This document shows positions 49,807-64,000 of a stretch of 64,000 nucleotides of DNA, piece after piece. This DNA comes from Azolla caroliniana (lineage: Eukaryota; Plantae; Polypodiophyta). How positions within the stretch are numbered: the first letter of the stretch is position 1; every line of letters begins with the position of its first letter. Position numbers and translations under genes: made by a program. The notes beneath the pieces were generated by a model, which saw only the letters and a program-made list of their open reading frames with translations, did no database searches and was not told where the DNA came from. Location of the stretch: NCBI GenBank assembly GCA_043228905.1, contig JBHGNT010000016.1, forward strand, positions 14,260,001 to 14,324,000, written 5' to 3'.

Positions 49807-52800
49807 GCGTACCCTTGTTTCTCCTAGCTCTAGTAGTCTTTGTAGCCGTATTTGTGCGGATTTGCCCTCTGGTAGCCGGACTGGTATTGGAATCCATAGA
49901 CTGGGTACCTGGAATTCAATTGGCATCATGACCTCTAGACCGAATGCCAGCTTGAACGGTGTTGATTGTATGCTGCTCTTATAGCTGGTACGGTATGCCC
50001 ATAATGCGCTATGCAACTTGGTGTCCCAATCCGTCCTGTTCTCATTGACTATCCTTTTGGGGATAGTTTGGAGGGTTTTGTTCGTGGATTCCGCCAAGCC
50101 ATTTGGCTGCAGGTAGTACGACGTACTTTTCTTGTGCACCACCGCGTAATGTTGGGTCAGTTCGCTGATGGCCGTATTCAGAAAGTGACTCCCTTGGTCA
50201 TTAATGAGCTTGATAGGGCAGCCGAAATGACAGCAGATGTGTTCGTACAGGAATTTCGCTGTGACTGCCGCGGTATTCTCGCGTAGTGGTTTCGCTTCTA
50301 CCCACTTAGTGCAGTAATCCGTGCAGTAATCCGTAGCCACCAGGATGTACTTATTGCTTGTTCGAGTGGCCGTTGGGGTAAAAGGTCCTACAAAATCTAA
50401 CCCCCACTTTTTGAAAGGATCTAGTGGCAACATTGGTTGGTGTGGCATTCTTGCGACTTCTGTGGGCTGGCCCAGTCGTTGGCATAAATCGCACTGTTTG
50501 CAATATTCATACGCGTCCTTATGCATCATCGGCCACCAAAGTTCTGCTTGCCAAATTTTCCGGGTCGTAACATCGCCCGCGTAATGTCCTCCCGTCGTAT
50601 CACAATGGGCTTTGCGTAGAACCGCGGCCTTCTCATCCTGTCGTATTCTGCGCCTCCAGATGCCGTCACTACCCTTGTGGTATAATATGTTTTCCACTAA
50701 ACAGAAATTTTGACTCCGGATGGCTAGCCGTTTTTTTTCATGCGTCCGTAATTGGGGTGGCAGTAACCCCGTGGTCAGGAAGTAGGTCATTTCCATGAGC
50801 CACCGATCCAAGAAGGTCTTTTTTGTTCATTCTGCTAGCGTTGCTACCCGCAGAATGTCAGCATCTGGAAAGTCGTCGTCATCCCTCTGTGCCGTTTCTC
50901 CATTATCAAGTCTGCTCAAAAAATTTGCCACTACGTGTTGCGTACCCGAGCGGTGTTGAATTACAAAGTCGAATTCTTCAAGCAACATCATCCATCTCGC
51001 CAATTTCCCTGTCAACGCTTGTTTCTCCACCAGATATAGCGGTGCCGAATGATCCACGTGAAATGTGAATTTCCGCCCTAGCAGATAATGCCGGAACTTA
51101 TTGATGTCGTAGATCATCCCCAACGCCTCACGTTCCATTGTGGAATAGTTACACTCAGCCGTTGATAATTTCTGACTAGCGTAGTACACCGGCCGGTACC
51201 AATTCGGCTCCGTGAGCTGCATTAGCGCACTACCTATTGCTATGTCCGAGGCATCTACGAACACGTGGAATGGCTTCACCCAAATTGGTGGTTGTACGAC
51301 GGTTGCCTGCCTTAGCATTACCTTTAGCGCATCATATGCCTTTTCTTCCGTAGCTGTCCATTGGAAGGGAGTCCGATGAACGGCGACATGTAACGGCGTG
51401 GCGAAGTCCGCCAAATAGCATATCATCTGACTGTGCCATCGTATTTGTCCTAAAAAACGGCTGAGTGATTTCGCGTTTGTAGACATTTTCGCTTGGGTAA
51501 CTGCGGAGATTTTATTTGGATCGACCGCTATCCCTTCCTTGCTGACTATATGGCCGAGGAGAGGTCCGCTGGTAACGCCGAAGGCATATTTGGCGAGATT
51601 CAGGCTTAAGCATGCGGTGCGGCAACGTTCCAGGCACAATTGCAGATGCATAAAATGGTCGGTTGTTCTCCCATATACCGCAAAATCGTCTATAAAAATT
51701 TGCATGAAGGCCGGAATATATACCCCAAAAATCTTCGTGATTGTCCGTTGAGATGTCGTCGGCGCCGTCTTTAGCCCGAACATCATGACGACTGCAACAT
51801 AGACTCCCCAGTCCGTGACAAACGTCGTCTTCTCTTGGTCGTCGGGGTGCATCCGTACTTGGTTGTACCCATTGAAGCGATCTAAAAAACTGTACATGTC
51901 ATGCCCCGCGACTGCGTCCAATACGCTATCGGAGAAAGGTAAAGGGAATGCGTCTGTAATGGTTACGGTGTTTAATTTTCGGTAGTCCAAACATACCTGT
52001 ATTTTGCCATTTTTCTTTGGTACGACTACGATCGGGCTTAACCATGTAGCTTGTTTAACTGACTGTATGAATCCTGCCTTGAGGAGTTTGTCAATTTCTT
52101 CTTTTACGCGGGCCGCGTAGTTTGGGTTCATGCGTCGGTTGCTAAATTAATCTTATCTTGATAGAACTTCGGATCTAACCCCTTCATGTCCTCGTGGGCC
52201 CAGGAGAACACATCTTTATACTTCTTGAGTAATGCTATCATCGCGTTTCTCTAATCCGGCATTAATTCTTTTGTGATGGAGAGGAAACGGGGTTCTGACG
52301 TCGTACCCACGTTTACTTCTTCCAGGGCTGAGGTGGTGGCTCGCCGTGAAATTTCCATTTCCCTCTCGAACGTTGCCTGTGCTCTGCTTAGTTCTAATAT
52401 TGACTCTGGGTTTGGTTCGTAAGCCTCGTCGTGGAATTTAGCGGGCTTGGCATATTCCGCCGCGGTTTCGATGACGTCGATTTCGAACACTGGAATAATC
52501 CGAGGGTGCTCGTCTAGGTATGCCTCTAATTCTGTATCATCTACCCCAGCCAACATATTTATATCCTCCGCGTACAATGGTGCTATGCCCTTGGGTTGTG
52601 TCGCCATTTCCTCTGTTGGTACGCGGACCTTGGTGCGTCCGCGTCGAAAGTTGATACACTTGTGTTGCCAGCTCTGCTTGATATTCGCTGAACGAACCCA
52701 CGGTCTACCCAACATTATAGGATACGCCCCTGGGGTGTCAAGGGCAAGGACTACCGCCGAGATGTCGAAGCAATGTCCTTCCACGATAATGCCTACCTTG

Positions 52801-55800
52801 CGTATCAACCCCAATGGTCGTACTGAGCGGGCATCCGCCATGCGGAGCCAAAACGGACAAGCTTCCCATTCTGAAATTCCCAATTGTTCGCATGTCTTCG
52901 CGCTAATTACATTAACGCTTGAGCCGCCATCAATTACACATCCTGGGATTTCCTGACCATACAATATCAACTTAATAGTCGGGTTGTGGTGATCCACCAC
53001 TGTCGGTCCGTCGCTAATGTCCTTAAAATTCACATCGACGCTTACCCCAGGTCTGCCCGTCACCCGCTCTTTCACGGCCTGGCGGAATCATGGGAATAGT
53101 TGCAGCAGGTTCTCCATGGTTAACGTTATCTCGCAGCCTGTCAGTGCTTGCCATATGGGGTCCGGGGATGGTCCATCATCCTCCAATAGCTCCACGATGT
53201 TTGCAGACTCCTTCCGCATGCGCTCCGTATTTGTCGCGTTTGCTTTTTCAACCCATGCTTGGGTTGTCCGCCGTATCTCATCTTGCACGACCCAATCAAC
53301 ATTTTTTGTTATAACGTGTCGTGACTTGCTGTACTTCCGCTGTGATCGTATTGACGGCCGGCCCCTTGCCCTTGCGTACTGGGCATTGTGTGGTGTGGCA
53401 TAATGTCCAGGCTGTTGACAAACAAAACAATGGATGCTAGATTCTCCCTTCTTGGCCCCTGGTGGTGTGTGCCAATCCCCAGGTGTGACTTGATCCTCCC
53501 GGTCCTGATTCGTTTGTCGGAGCGTACACGGAGGTTGTTGTTGGTCCCGGCGCGGTTCCTAGTGCCGGTCATCGTCCGAACTTGCATCGTACCGCCGTTG
53601 GTCCCGATACTAACGATGCTTTCCGCAAGGCCCATTAAAGCCACCACATTTGTTCGTCAGATGGTAATTCTCATAGCATCGACCCCCTTTAGTATTTCTG
53701 TGGTTGCCACGGTAGTCTTCATCCTCCGGTTCGTCTTCCTCGGAATCGTTGTGATTCTGGCGATTCCAGTAGTGCCGGTCATCACGTGGGTTCCGATCCA
53801 TATACTGTGGTCATGGATTGGATCGCTTGACGAAAATGTCACTCCTCGTCCTGAGGTAACGCTTGTCGTAATGAGGACATGGAAAACCTTTCCTCTTCTT
53901 CGTCCAGCTCGAGCTGTAGCGCTCTTTTTATGACCATATCGGCCGTTTCCCCTTTCATGCTATTGTTGTTGAGCATTGTCCGTATCGGTCGGCGTAATGC
54001 TACTAGAAATGTCTCCCTAGCCTCAGCCTCCATCGGGCCCCATTCTAATTTCCGCCTTAGTTTTTGGAAGCGTAAGTTAAAATCCGCGACCGGCTCGGTC
54101 GGCAACTGTTTAATTGTGTATAACTGCCCGAGGATTTTGCATTGCGGCACCCTCCAATGAAAAAACCGCAGAAAGGCTGACTGCAGCTGGTAGAAGGTCG
54201 TGATTAATGGCAGATCCATCTGCAAATGCCAAAACGCCGCTCTCCCATCCAAGGTTAATCCGAACTCCGTCATTTTGGACTGGTGCGCTACTGCCTCAGA
54301 AAGGCTCTTCGCCATGTGGTTTGCATTCCAGACATTAAGGAACAGTCGGATGTGGGTTGCGGCGTCGGTTTCGCCATTGAAGTGGGGATAAGCAAAGGCC
54401 ATGCTGGGTGCTACGGTGGGCAGGAAAAGGCCACAATGTTTTTGTGGTGAGCGCGCTTCCCTTGTATTGCCGAGGTATTTGGAGAGCGAGAAATCGTCTT
54501 TGTGGCTCCGATAGGTAGTACTGAGGTTACTGAGGCGAGGCTTTTGCCGTGCGCGTTCCTCTACCTGGCGTGTGATGGACCTTGTGATTGGCCGGTCTTG
54601 TCGTGTTGGTTCTCTGGGCGTCTGCAACTAAACATCCATTCGTCGTTGTTCGTCTGTGAGAAGACACAGATCACCAAGCGTGCCAAAAGTGTTACCGATT
54701 GGGAACACAATCTATGGTCAGTCCTTCGACCTAGACCTCAAAGTGACTATGTGACATGGAATGGTAACGTCTGTGCGTAATACTTAGTGGGCTACCTCTC
54801 GTAACCTAGCAGCGTATAAGGGAGACGGCTACAACCGACCTCCTTAGGCAGTGGGCTAACGCACACACTGTGACTCACGCCTACGCTCTTACGACTGTGC
54901 TACGCCACCAAGGATTACAGACACAGTAGATTAACCACAAATATGTACATATATCAGAGAAGATAGAACTCTATAAAGATACGCCTTTTACATTCAAAAT
55001 TACACGCTACCTCTATCAGAGGTTTCCTGCCCTTTATATACGCAGGATCTTTTAGCCGTTCATGCTTCCCACGTGAACCATTTACATGCGTTACAATATT
55101 ACTCTATTCCATATTATTGCGCTCGTGTCTGTCGGTTACTATTCCGGCGGACAACAAAAATATCTTCTGTCCAAGGTTGAATACCCAAGGTTGTCGATTA
55201 TTATCAACATAAAAACGCGCTCTATCTTGAGCTGTTTTTATATTATCTCATGTAATATGCAACATATCTTGCATATCCCAATGAAACTTTTGCGTACTTT
55301 GCAATTCATCATGATGTATATTAACATTAATGTGTGCTCATGGTTGAAAACCATACATCAACATAAAAGGACTATATCCCAACGACGTATGCTTGGAGCT
55401 GTTATAAGCAAACCCCAAAATTGAGAGATAATGTTCCCATTTTTTGGTTTTGCACCACCGTATGCTCGAAGCATGACCTCAATAATTTGATTTACTCGTT
55501 CTATCTGTCCATCAAATTGAGGATGATTCGTGGAGCTCATGTTCAAAGTAGTTTCTAACTTCTTAAAGACTTTCGTCCAAAAGTCGCGAGTAAACTTTGG
55601 ATCTCACTAACTCACGATATCCATCAGTAACCCACAAAAATGAAATAACTCATCAAAGAATTGGTACGCCAATTCATGAGTTGTTACCATGATTTTAGTA
55701 GCAATAAATCTATCCATTTTAGTTAGTCACGTTTTTGGGTGCGAGGAATGCTAACAAAAATATCCATGGATATACTTTACCATCTTGATATAGGACGACA

Positions 55801-58800
55801 CCTATAGCATAATCACTTGCGTCGATTTCAACCTGAAAAGGTTTTGAAGGATCTGGTAAAAGAAGCAAATGAGCCTTGCACCCTAGGTCCTTGAGTTCCT
55901 TCAAGGCAAGGTCTAGTGTAGCATTTCAAACAATAGGTATTGTAGACTTACATGTTTGACATTTTAGAGGATTAGTAAACGGCATCATGAATTGGGAATA
56001 ATTACGAAGCAATTTTCGCAAAAACCCGACAAACCCAAGGAATGATTGAACCTTTCAAATATTCCGAAGAGTGCACCAAAGTTTGACTTTCTCGATGCAA
56101 GAAGGATCAATTTCAACTCCTCGTTCGGTTATGAGATGTCCACGATAAGTAATTGATTTCTTGAAGAACTCACATTTTGAGATCTTCGCCTAGAATTGTT
56201 TGTCGCGCATTGTTTGTAAAACAAAGTGGACATGTTTAGCATATTCTTCTAATGTACGACTATAATCTAGAATATCATCCAAGAAAATAAGGACAAATTT
56301 TCCAAGTTGTTCTTTGAAAATGTCATTCATTTCTTGTTGAAATGTGGCCGGAGGAGCATCGTCCTCACTTATACCAATTTGATGGTAGCCTGTACGAAGA
56401 TAAAGTTTTGTAAAATAACGAGCTCCTTGGAGATAGTCAATTAGATCATCGACCCAGGGCAATGGATATGAATTCTCGATTGTCATTTTATTCAAGCGTT
56501 GGTAATTAATACACATACGCCATGTGCCCTATTTATGTTTTCACCAAGAGAACAGGTGCACCCCATGGAGGTTTACTATAACGTATATAACCCATTCGTA
56601 AATAGTCCTAGAGTTGCTTAGATATATCATCCTCTTCGAATCCACTTAAGCAATACAAAGGTATACTTATTGGTGCAACGCCAGATACAATATCTATACG
56701 ATGGTCTATATTACGTTAAAGAGGTAACCCATGTGGTACTTCACTCAGAAAAACATCACTCATCAAGTTGTTGTTGTTGTTCAAAATATGATGACATTAT
56801 CGATATTATAAACGTGAATGCTTGGATCAAGTACACAATAAAATAAAGAAGAACAAGACAACTCGAATATTCATGGAAAGGAAACAATCGAAAGAGATTG
56901 TTTTTTTACACATTGAATAAAATGAGTACAATTGTTCAGTGCAAAAGTAATTGAATGGTGAACCCAATCAATAGATAAAGAAGAGTTTTTATTATAAAAC
57001 CGGGGATAACCCAATATTACATCAGTGGTACAAAGATTCATTACATGGTGGTCTACTTCCTCTATATAAGTATCAATAGAAATTCCCAATGAATGAATCG
57101 CCCCGTTGATGTATTGTACTCTTCCATCAGCTAAGTGCACCTTATAGGTGTCATCACTTACGGTGGGTTGGATTCCCCATATCTGAACCAAACGATCACT
57201 CAAAAAGTTGGGTGAGCTTCCCGAATCAAATAAAAATTGTTTGGGAGATCCATTGATACACCTGTTTGCACGAAATAAATCATTGGGTCCCAATACATAG
57301 TGAGAGAAAGAACATTTACACTTATTTAAATGATGTGTATAGACCTCAAGGACATTAGGATTGTTTTGTTGTCATGCTCTTTCCATTGCAACTTTTGACA
57401 TTGCTCTTTTGTCTGACCCTTCTTTTTGCAGAATATGCAAAAATGATTTTGTCGCTTACAATCGAGATCCATGAATTCGTTGGGTATCTTGCGTTTCCTA
57501 GCGAATTGTGACCGCTTAGTTCCTGGTACTTTGGGTTTGTTATGGTTCTTCTTCGAAGTGCGTTGATGGAGAAGAACTATTTCAATGGCCTCTTCGAAGG
57601 ATTTGGGATCTTGATCGTGCACTATCCAGTGATAGTCCAAATTGGGGATGCCATTGACAAAACGAGCTATTGACCAATTGTCCCCTTCTAGACTCGATTT
57701 TTGGATTTGGGTTCTAGCATGGTGAAGATAGTCTTCTAGCGAGGAAAATTTCCGGCCAAAGAGGTTCATCAAAGCTTGTGCTGCCTCGGTTTGAGATAGA
57801 GGTTGCTGAAATTGACCCTTCAAAAGTGTGACAAAGTCTGTCCAGGTATCGGGCAATTTCCCCGTAGTGTAGAGCCCATGCCACCAGGTAGCGGCCTTAC
57901 CCCCTAGTTCTTAGCTGATATATGCCATCGTCGTACTATCTGACTTGGGATAGAGCTCAAAATTAGACTTCCATCGGCCCAGCCACGTGCAAATTTCTTC
58001 TTTAGTTCTTTCCTTTTATTCTCCTATAAATGGCTTTACGACAAATGATGATTCACCGTGACGCTCATCGGCTCTATTAAGATCACGCTGTATACTAATC
58101 ACACGTGCCTCAAGCGCAGTATGAGATTGGCGAAGTTTAGAAATCTCGTGCAAGGTAGAATTAAGGAAATTTTTATTTGTAAATAATACGACTGAATGGG
58201 GATTGGCCCAGGGGATTTCCTTGAATTCCTTTCGCTTGGGCAAATGCCATCAGGTCGTTATTATGAGCCATTGAATGATAATTTCTAGCAAAGAAATAGG
58301 ATAAGGTCAGAAAAATAATCATAACATCATGTCGTGATGTAAACATATCATGGGCAAGCATTAATCGATATCATGATCTCATGTCAATACCCCTCTAGAC
58401 ATATGAGATTAGGTTCAAGATCAGGTTACTATGGTAACACAAAGGTGTTTTAAATACCATGGGGGTGACAAATGAAATTCTTTCCCTGATATCTATATTG
58501 ATTTTTTCATGACGGCTCCCCGAGCCTCAACCAAGTATGTTCGTATCATGAATACTTTATACATGATATAATGCTAACAATAAACTATGTCTCTATGCCC
58601 ACCCATGTGGTTTTGGCTCTTTAAGTCCTATTAAGAGGACCCCTAAGTGCACTTAGACCTAATGTCTAAACATGTTTTATATAGTCATAATGTTGTATGG
58701 TCTTGGTCATATTTGAACTCGAGACCTCGAGAACAAATACATTAAACACTTAAGCTAACCTAATGGTTTCCTCCTTTTGAATATTTAATGTTTATATGTA

Positions 58801-59060
58801 CTGAGGGATATGTGAAGGCATTTGCCCATATATCTATTTATTTTTTTAAAAACATATGTATCGAGAAACCTTATTTGCCCCTCGTTTAAAATAAAACTAT
58901 GTTGGTACGTTACCCTACGTCAAGTCTCATAATTACAATGGCATATGCCAAAGTGCAACCTAATGTTCAAGCATCAGTAGCCCCCTTTTCGTAGTAGGCC
59001 CACATGGCCCATCACATGGTTACGTTGTCGTGCCTTTTGATGCCGAATCGTTGCATGTGT

Positions 59061-59572
59061 TGGGTGGGAACCACCGAGGTTTTTAGACTAGGGGGAGGAG
59101 AAGTTTAAGGCTAATAAGAATATGAAAGAGAAAGGTAGGAATCTCGTGAATTTCTCGAGTATAGTGAATTAGAACAATTATTCCTAAGTGTGAAGATAGA
59201 GAGAGAGAGAGAGAGAAAGAAGATAGAGAGATAATTGAAAAGGAATTATTACATTGAAGAGTAAACGGATTACAAAGAGTAGGCAACAGAGTACTACAAA
59301 ATGGTGTTGAACCAATTTAGGTTTGCGATGAGTGGTAGATCCCAATTTATAAGTAATAGAGAACACTCTAGAATATTCTAGGTTATCCTAGAATGTAGAG
59401 TAATCTAGAAGATCTCTAGAGTATTCTAGAAGGTTCTAGTGTATAGAACACTCTAGAATATTCTAGGTCATTCTAGAATGTAGAGTAATGTAGAATATTC
59501 CTATGATATTAGATTTCATATTCAAAAAATTATACATACAAGAATATTAATACAATGGCTAAGGATTTGACA
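59061..59572 (-). mobile_element. Probable solo LTR of a Tcn1-like family
   Basis: Minus strand starts TGTCA, has TCTAGA-rich repeats, TATAAA, and AAATTGGTTCAACACCA as at 38868-38884, then a (TC)n tract; TGTGT on both sides. Left end uncertain. Confidence 0.6.
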
Positions 59573-59594
59573 TGTGTACAACAAGGTCGCGGGT

Positions 59595-62500
59595 TCAAAT
59601 TATCGATGCGTCTTCACCGGATGTTGGTTCGGGGTTTTGTAGTGCCATAGTGACACTGTGTTCTAACTCCGCAATGTGCTCATGGGCCTTCTGGAATTGG
59701 GCTTCAGTCAGCTTGATTGTTTTCCAAACGTCTTTATTCTTGATAGCCATATCCTTGGCACCCATACTGACTCTATCTAATTCCCGATGTGCCTCGATAG
59801 GGGCCATATTCAATGGGGGTAGTTCAATGCCCATATGCCGAATCCTCACATTTCGTTGCCTGCCTATCTTGGCTAGAGGCCCCTCATCCTCGCTTTCCGT
59901 TGTTTGTATTAGTGTGCTCCACCATCTGTTGTTCGGCATGTTCTTCGACCATTCGCTATGACACCTTGATTTGCTGAGTCACCAAAAATTCCATGAGCTC
60001 ATATGTGGTGCCATACTGCAATAACGCACTAAACCCATGTACCATGTCCAGAATGTCTGGATATTTCAGGACGTCACTTTCCGCTGTGAGCACTCCTTTG
60101 CCCCGCTGAGATTGCGCCATAATGATGCGTCGAGGTTCACGGAATATCTCCAATGTCGTAGTGGGCTCTGTGGGAGTAGACATTTCGGTGGTGATGGTCG
60201 TATCTTTTACCAATCCGTGGCCGTCCTTCTAGTCTAATCGTCATCGTTTGGGTCTGGGACTGTCACCGGCGGGATCTTGTTCCTCTGCTTTCATGGAGGG
60301 TTGCGTCTCGGCGTCTTTGGCCGGTGGTTCCATCTGTGTCGTCCGCTGGGTGGTGGGAGAAGGTTGTGCTTCCTCCTCCTATTCAGTGGTAGCTAACTCT
60401 GCTAGCCATCGTTTCGCAGATCGTGGCGGGGGTGTCGGTTTGCTTGGTATGGGGGTGGGAAGTCCGCGAGGAGGAAATAGTACGGTAAGGTACTGTTGAA
60501 TGATCGGTTGGAGTTTCTTCCCGGCTTGATATGCGTATAGTCCTTCCCTAAGTGTTGGCCCCGTGATTACACCCCAATCTATGACACTTCCTTCGAAGGT
60601 TTCGATGATGACGCCACCTTTTTGTTTAGGCATCCCGGATGCATTGATGTGTATGCACCCGACCTCTAGTAGGAACTTGGCGACTTCCTGAAAAAATGGA
60701 TTTGGAATGTCCTTCTTCTTGTATGCCTTAGCCAACGTTGAATATTCCCCAAAGTATTTCCTGAGAGTTTCTGCAGGAGAAATGTCGAACTACTTTTCCC
60801 CAATCGCCGATAAACCAAGTTTCTTCCAAACGGTGGTGTTCGTCACTATTTCCACATTCAACTTCTTGGCTATGTGAAGAGCCTCAGGGTCTGGTGGCGC
60901 TTCGGCGACCCTGATATAGCCCTCGAACCCCTTTTCCACGAGCCATTTGCGTAGAGCTGTAGAGATAGTGATCGGCATCGTGGGTGGATGGGACTAGCCG
61001 AAGATTGCAGACTATGGTGAGCGCGAGCTCTGTGCTATGGTGGAGAGGGAGGCGAGTGAGGAGGGCTGGAACCTGAAGTTTGTTGTCTATAATGGGCAAA
61101 AAACCTTCTGCATTCCTCTTTTTGTGGCCTAGGGAGCATTGGTCTATGTGACATTGTAGTGCCGCGTGTTCTTGCCCTAGAAGTTTGTGCATGCATAAAG
61201 CCCCTTTTAATAGTCAACACTACCTTCTCTTTTCTTTTCTTTTTCTTTTTTTCTTTTTTTTCTTTTTTTTAATGGTTAAATACATGATTACTGTTTACAG
61301 TATTTTACAAGTGGCCCCCAACTTATTAATTAATGTACGGGCCCTTCTGCTGTGACAGTCACAGCGTGGAACGGGTTTGGAGGTGTAGGTCCCAGATAGG
61401 GTTTCAATCGGAACCCATTTACTTTCTATCGAAGTACCTCTCCGGCCAAGGTGCCTAATTGAAAAGTGTCATTTTCTGCTCTGACTATCCAGTACAGCCC
61501 CGTCTAGCGGAATCTTAATTTTACAGGCATTTCACCCATGCATGTTTGAAAGACCAATATGGCCTTTCCGACTGCGAAATCCTTCCCCCGTGTGACTTGA
61601 TGTCGATCGACGAATGCTTTATGTCGTCTCTGTTTCTACTCCAGTATGCCCATACTACATACCCGAGCCTCTCCGAATTCGAGGAGTTGTTGTAACCATA
61701 GCTACTCAGACTGGCCTTCTGCGAGTTGGTCTCGTACTTGAATCCGCAGACTTGGCACTTGGAATTCGACGGGCATTACGGCTTCCAACCCAAATGCTAG
61801 TCGGAATGGTGTAGATTGTATGGTAGTCTTATAGTTGGTCCGATACGCCCATAAAGCGCTATGCAATGTAGTATCCCAGTCCGTTCTATTTTCATTCACG
61901 ATCTTATTCAGTATTGTCTGCAAGATTTTGTTCGTGAACTCTGCTAGTCCATTCACCTATGGATAGTACAGTGTGCTTTTCTTATGGAACGACGTAACGG
62001 TGCGTGAGGTCGTGGATGACTGAATTTTGAAAGTGACTCCCTTGATCACTGATGAGCTCGATGGGGCAGCCAAAATGGCACCAGATGTATTCATTCAAAA
62101 TTTTTGTCGTAGATGCTACCGTGTTATCCCGTAACACCTTTGCTTCCACCCACTTAGTGCAATAGTCCGTCCGTGGCTACCAGAATATATCTATTACCCG
62201 TTCGCATTGCTGCTAGTGTAAAGGGTCCCACAAAATCAAGACCCAACTTCTAGTATGGATCTAGCGGAACAACGGGATGATGTGGCATTCTCACGCCCTC
62301 CATGGGCTGACCCAATCGTTGACATAAATCACACTGCTTGTAATAGAGGTGCGTATCCTTTTGCATGGTAGGCCACCATAGACTGACTTGCCATATTTTT
62401 CTGGTGGTAACATCTCCCGCATAGTGCCCCCTTGCTGTACCACAGTGAGCTTCGCGCAAAACAGCCTCCTTCTCACCCTGACGTACCCCGCATCGCAAAA

Positions 62501-62920
62501 TTCCATCATTGCCCTTGTGATAAAGTATTCCTTCAACCATGCAAAAGTTACGGCTACGGATAGCCAATCGCTTCTTTTCGTCTGTCCTTAATTGTGGCGG
62601 TGGCACTCCTGTAGTCAGAAAGTACGTCATTTCCATTAGCCATGAATCTAGAAATTTTTTGTCTTCCCGTGACGCTATCATCGCGACTTGCAGAACGTCC
62701 GCATCAGGAAAGTCATCGTCATCTTTCCTTGTAGTTTCGCCGTTATCCAGCTAGCTTGCTACGGCGTGCTGCGTACCTGGGCAATGCTAAATTATGAAGT
62801 CGAATTCTGGGAGCAATAGCATCCATCTAGCCAATTTTCCTGTCAGCGCCTCTTTCTCCACAAGTTAGTGCAATGCCGCATTATCTACGTGAAACGTAAA
62901 TTTTCGCCCCAGTAGATAAT
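59595..62920 (-). mobile_element. Second Athila-like gypsy fragment (RNaseH end, integrase, extra ORF)
   Basis: ORFs 62250-62681, 61702-61956, 60790-60978, 60379-60735, 59956-60213, 59595-59939 are collinear with 41000-42914 and 49807-51090. Confidence 0.9.
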
Positions 62921-64000
62921 TGTTGAGAGTCAACGCTCCGATTCTTTTTCACCGCTCGGCCACAACCGAGTAAGCACGAATCAATGCAGCAGAAAATAGG
63001 AAACCACAGAGAGAAACACGATAACACGGGGATTAACGTGGAAAACCCTAAACGGGAAAAACCACGGGAGTACAAGACTCCGAACCACCACTATACACAG
63101 AGAAGTATACAATGGCGAGCTGCAAGGCGACGACCTTGAGCTCGCTATCCTCGCCACAGGCGGCGGTATTACACAGAGGCGTCGACCTCTCCCTCTCTCT
63201 CTCGCTCTCTCTCTTGGCTGCTCTCACTTCGCTCCCTCTAAATGAAAACAGAAAAAAAATGAGCAACAACAAAACACAGTGTTTGCCCTAAGTCATATTT
63301 ATACACATATGACTTTCGGGCTATTTACAAATATAGCCTCAAGGGCCCTTGGCAAACATATTCACAAATATGTCCCCGCATCCGGATCTCTCTCCGGGTA
63401 CATTCGTCATCCGGCTCCGTAGCCGGGGTCTCCATCATCCGGCTCCGTAGCCGGGGTACTCTTCATCCGGCTTCATGCCGGGTACTCTTCATCCTCCGGT
63501 TCTGTAACCGCAACCGGGCTTGCCGTCATTCATCTCCGGACATCCCATCCGGAGGGACCGATATCCCAACAAACTCCCCCTTCACTTCGGCATGGGATGT
63601 CTCTCCAATCCGATCCTCTTCCGGCATGCTTCCAGCTTGTCGGGTGTGAGTACTTTGGTCAGCATATCTGACCCGTTCTTGTCCGTGTGGATCTTCGTCA
63701 GCACGAACTCCTTGTCTTCTATCCTTTCCCGGATCCAGTGGTATCTACGCTGGATGTGTTTTGTCCGGGAATGGTAGGCAGCGTTCTTTGCAAGGTGGAT
63801 GGCACTCTGAGTGTCGCAGTAGAGTCGGTACTCCTCCTGCCGGATACCGAGCTCTCTAATGAAGTCCTTCATCCATATTATTTCCTTGCCGGCTTCAACG
63901 GCCGCCATGTACTCTGCCTCTGTGGTTGACAACGCAACCGTCTTCTGCAGCCTCGACTGCCACGAAACGGCTCCCCCTGCATACGTCATCACATACCCTG
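62921..64000 (-). mobile_element. Ty1/copia (Tnt1/Tork-like) 3' end: RNaseH 63582-63992, PPT 63572-63583, 3' LTR 62921-63571
   Basis: SWQSRLQKTVALSTTEAEY..KHIQRRYHWIRE..NGSDMLTK; GAAGGGGGAG; TGTTG...CAACA. Confidence 0.93.
63395..63500. repeat. Imperfect ~26-29-bp tandem repeat in LTR U3
   Basis: CATCCGGCTCCGTAGCCGGGGT and GGGTACTCTTCATCC repeated. Confidence 0.8.

Larger units (their letters stand above)
39177..55156 (-). mobile_element. Athila-like (non-chromovirus) gypsy element; LTRs 39177-39499 (internally deleted) and 54690-55156; TSD AAAAT
   Basis: AAAAT at 39172-39176 and 55157-55161; PBS TGGCACGCTTGGTG 54672-54685; gag 53839-54627, protease IDGGS 52251-53075, RT-RH 50827-52131, integrase 49807-50811 + 42584-42914. 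Confidence 0.93.
32537..58361 (-). mobile_element. Old degenerate chromovirus-type gypsy (3' LTR 32537-33106, PPT 33109-33118); host of the inserts at 33461 and 39177
   Basis: LTR termini TGTTAT...ATAACA. Minus strand gag ~57326-58243, protease FDSGS 56871-57293, RT FLDD 56190-56516, RNaseH DASD, and integrase rejoining across both inserts (FNLGQKIFLRVP..KL.PQFCGP/FTVLKRIG..IHPVFHVS) then chromodomain-like KWMDKPIKDATWE. 5' LTR not found. Confidence 0.85.

Noticed and set aside
58362-59060. 5' LTR of the old chromovirus
   Set aside because: No visible similarity to 32537-33106.
59340-59505. CRISPR-like or regulatory array of TCTAGA repeats
   Set aside because: Degenerate tandem duplications without unique spacers; similar to U3 of the Tcn1-like LTR.

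Overview
Eukaryotic, repeat-saturated plant DNA. A fern-like host is inferred from the unedited ACG starts of the plastid genes. No intact host gene was found. Left half: an old minus-strand Ty1/copia element carries two related copia insertions (5133-10663, 10774-19016), and the second has two further inserts in its 5' LTR. Middle: a decayed, rearranged plastid insertion (NUPT: rpl2, rps19 start, rpl16, rpl14, rps8, infA, 16S scraps, rpoC2) hit by a young integrase-less copia (20846-25248) and a 5'-truncated LINE. Right half: an old chromovirus carries a young Tcn1-like chromovirus (33461-39092) and an Athila-like gypsy (39177-55156), which itself carries a tRNA-Trp-primed gypsy (42915-49806). 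A second Athila-like fragment and a copia 3' end follow. Most notable: two elements have an inverted tRNA-Arg primer-binding-like site exactly where the polypurine tract should be, suggesting tRNA priming of both strands. The Tcn1-like element has a microhomology-bounded double inversion of R-U5-PBS and the gag start. All alignments were done by eye; family names come from motif recall, not database searches.
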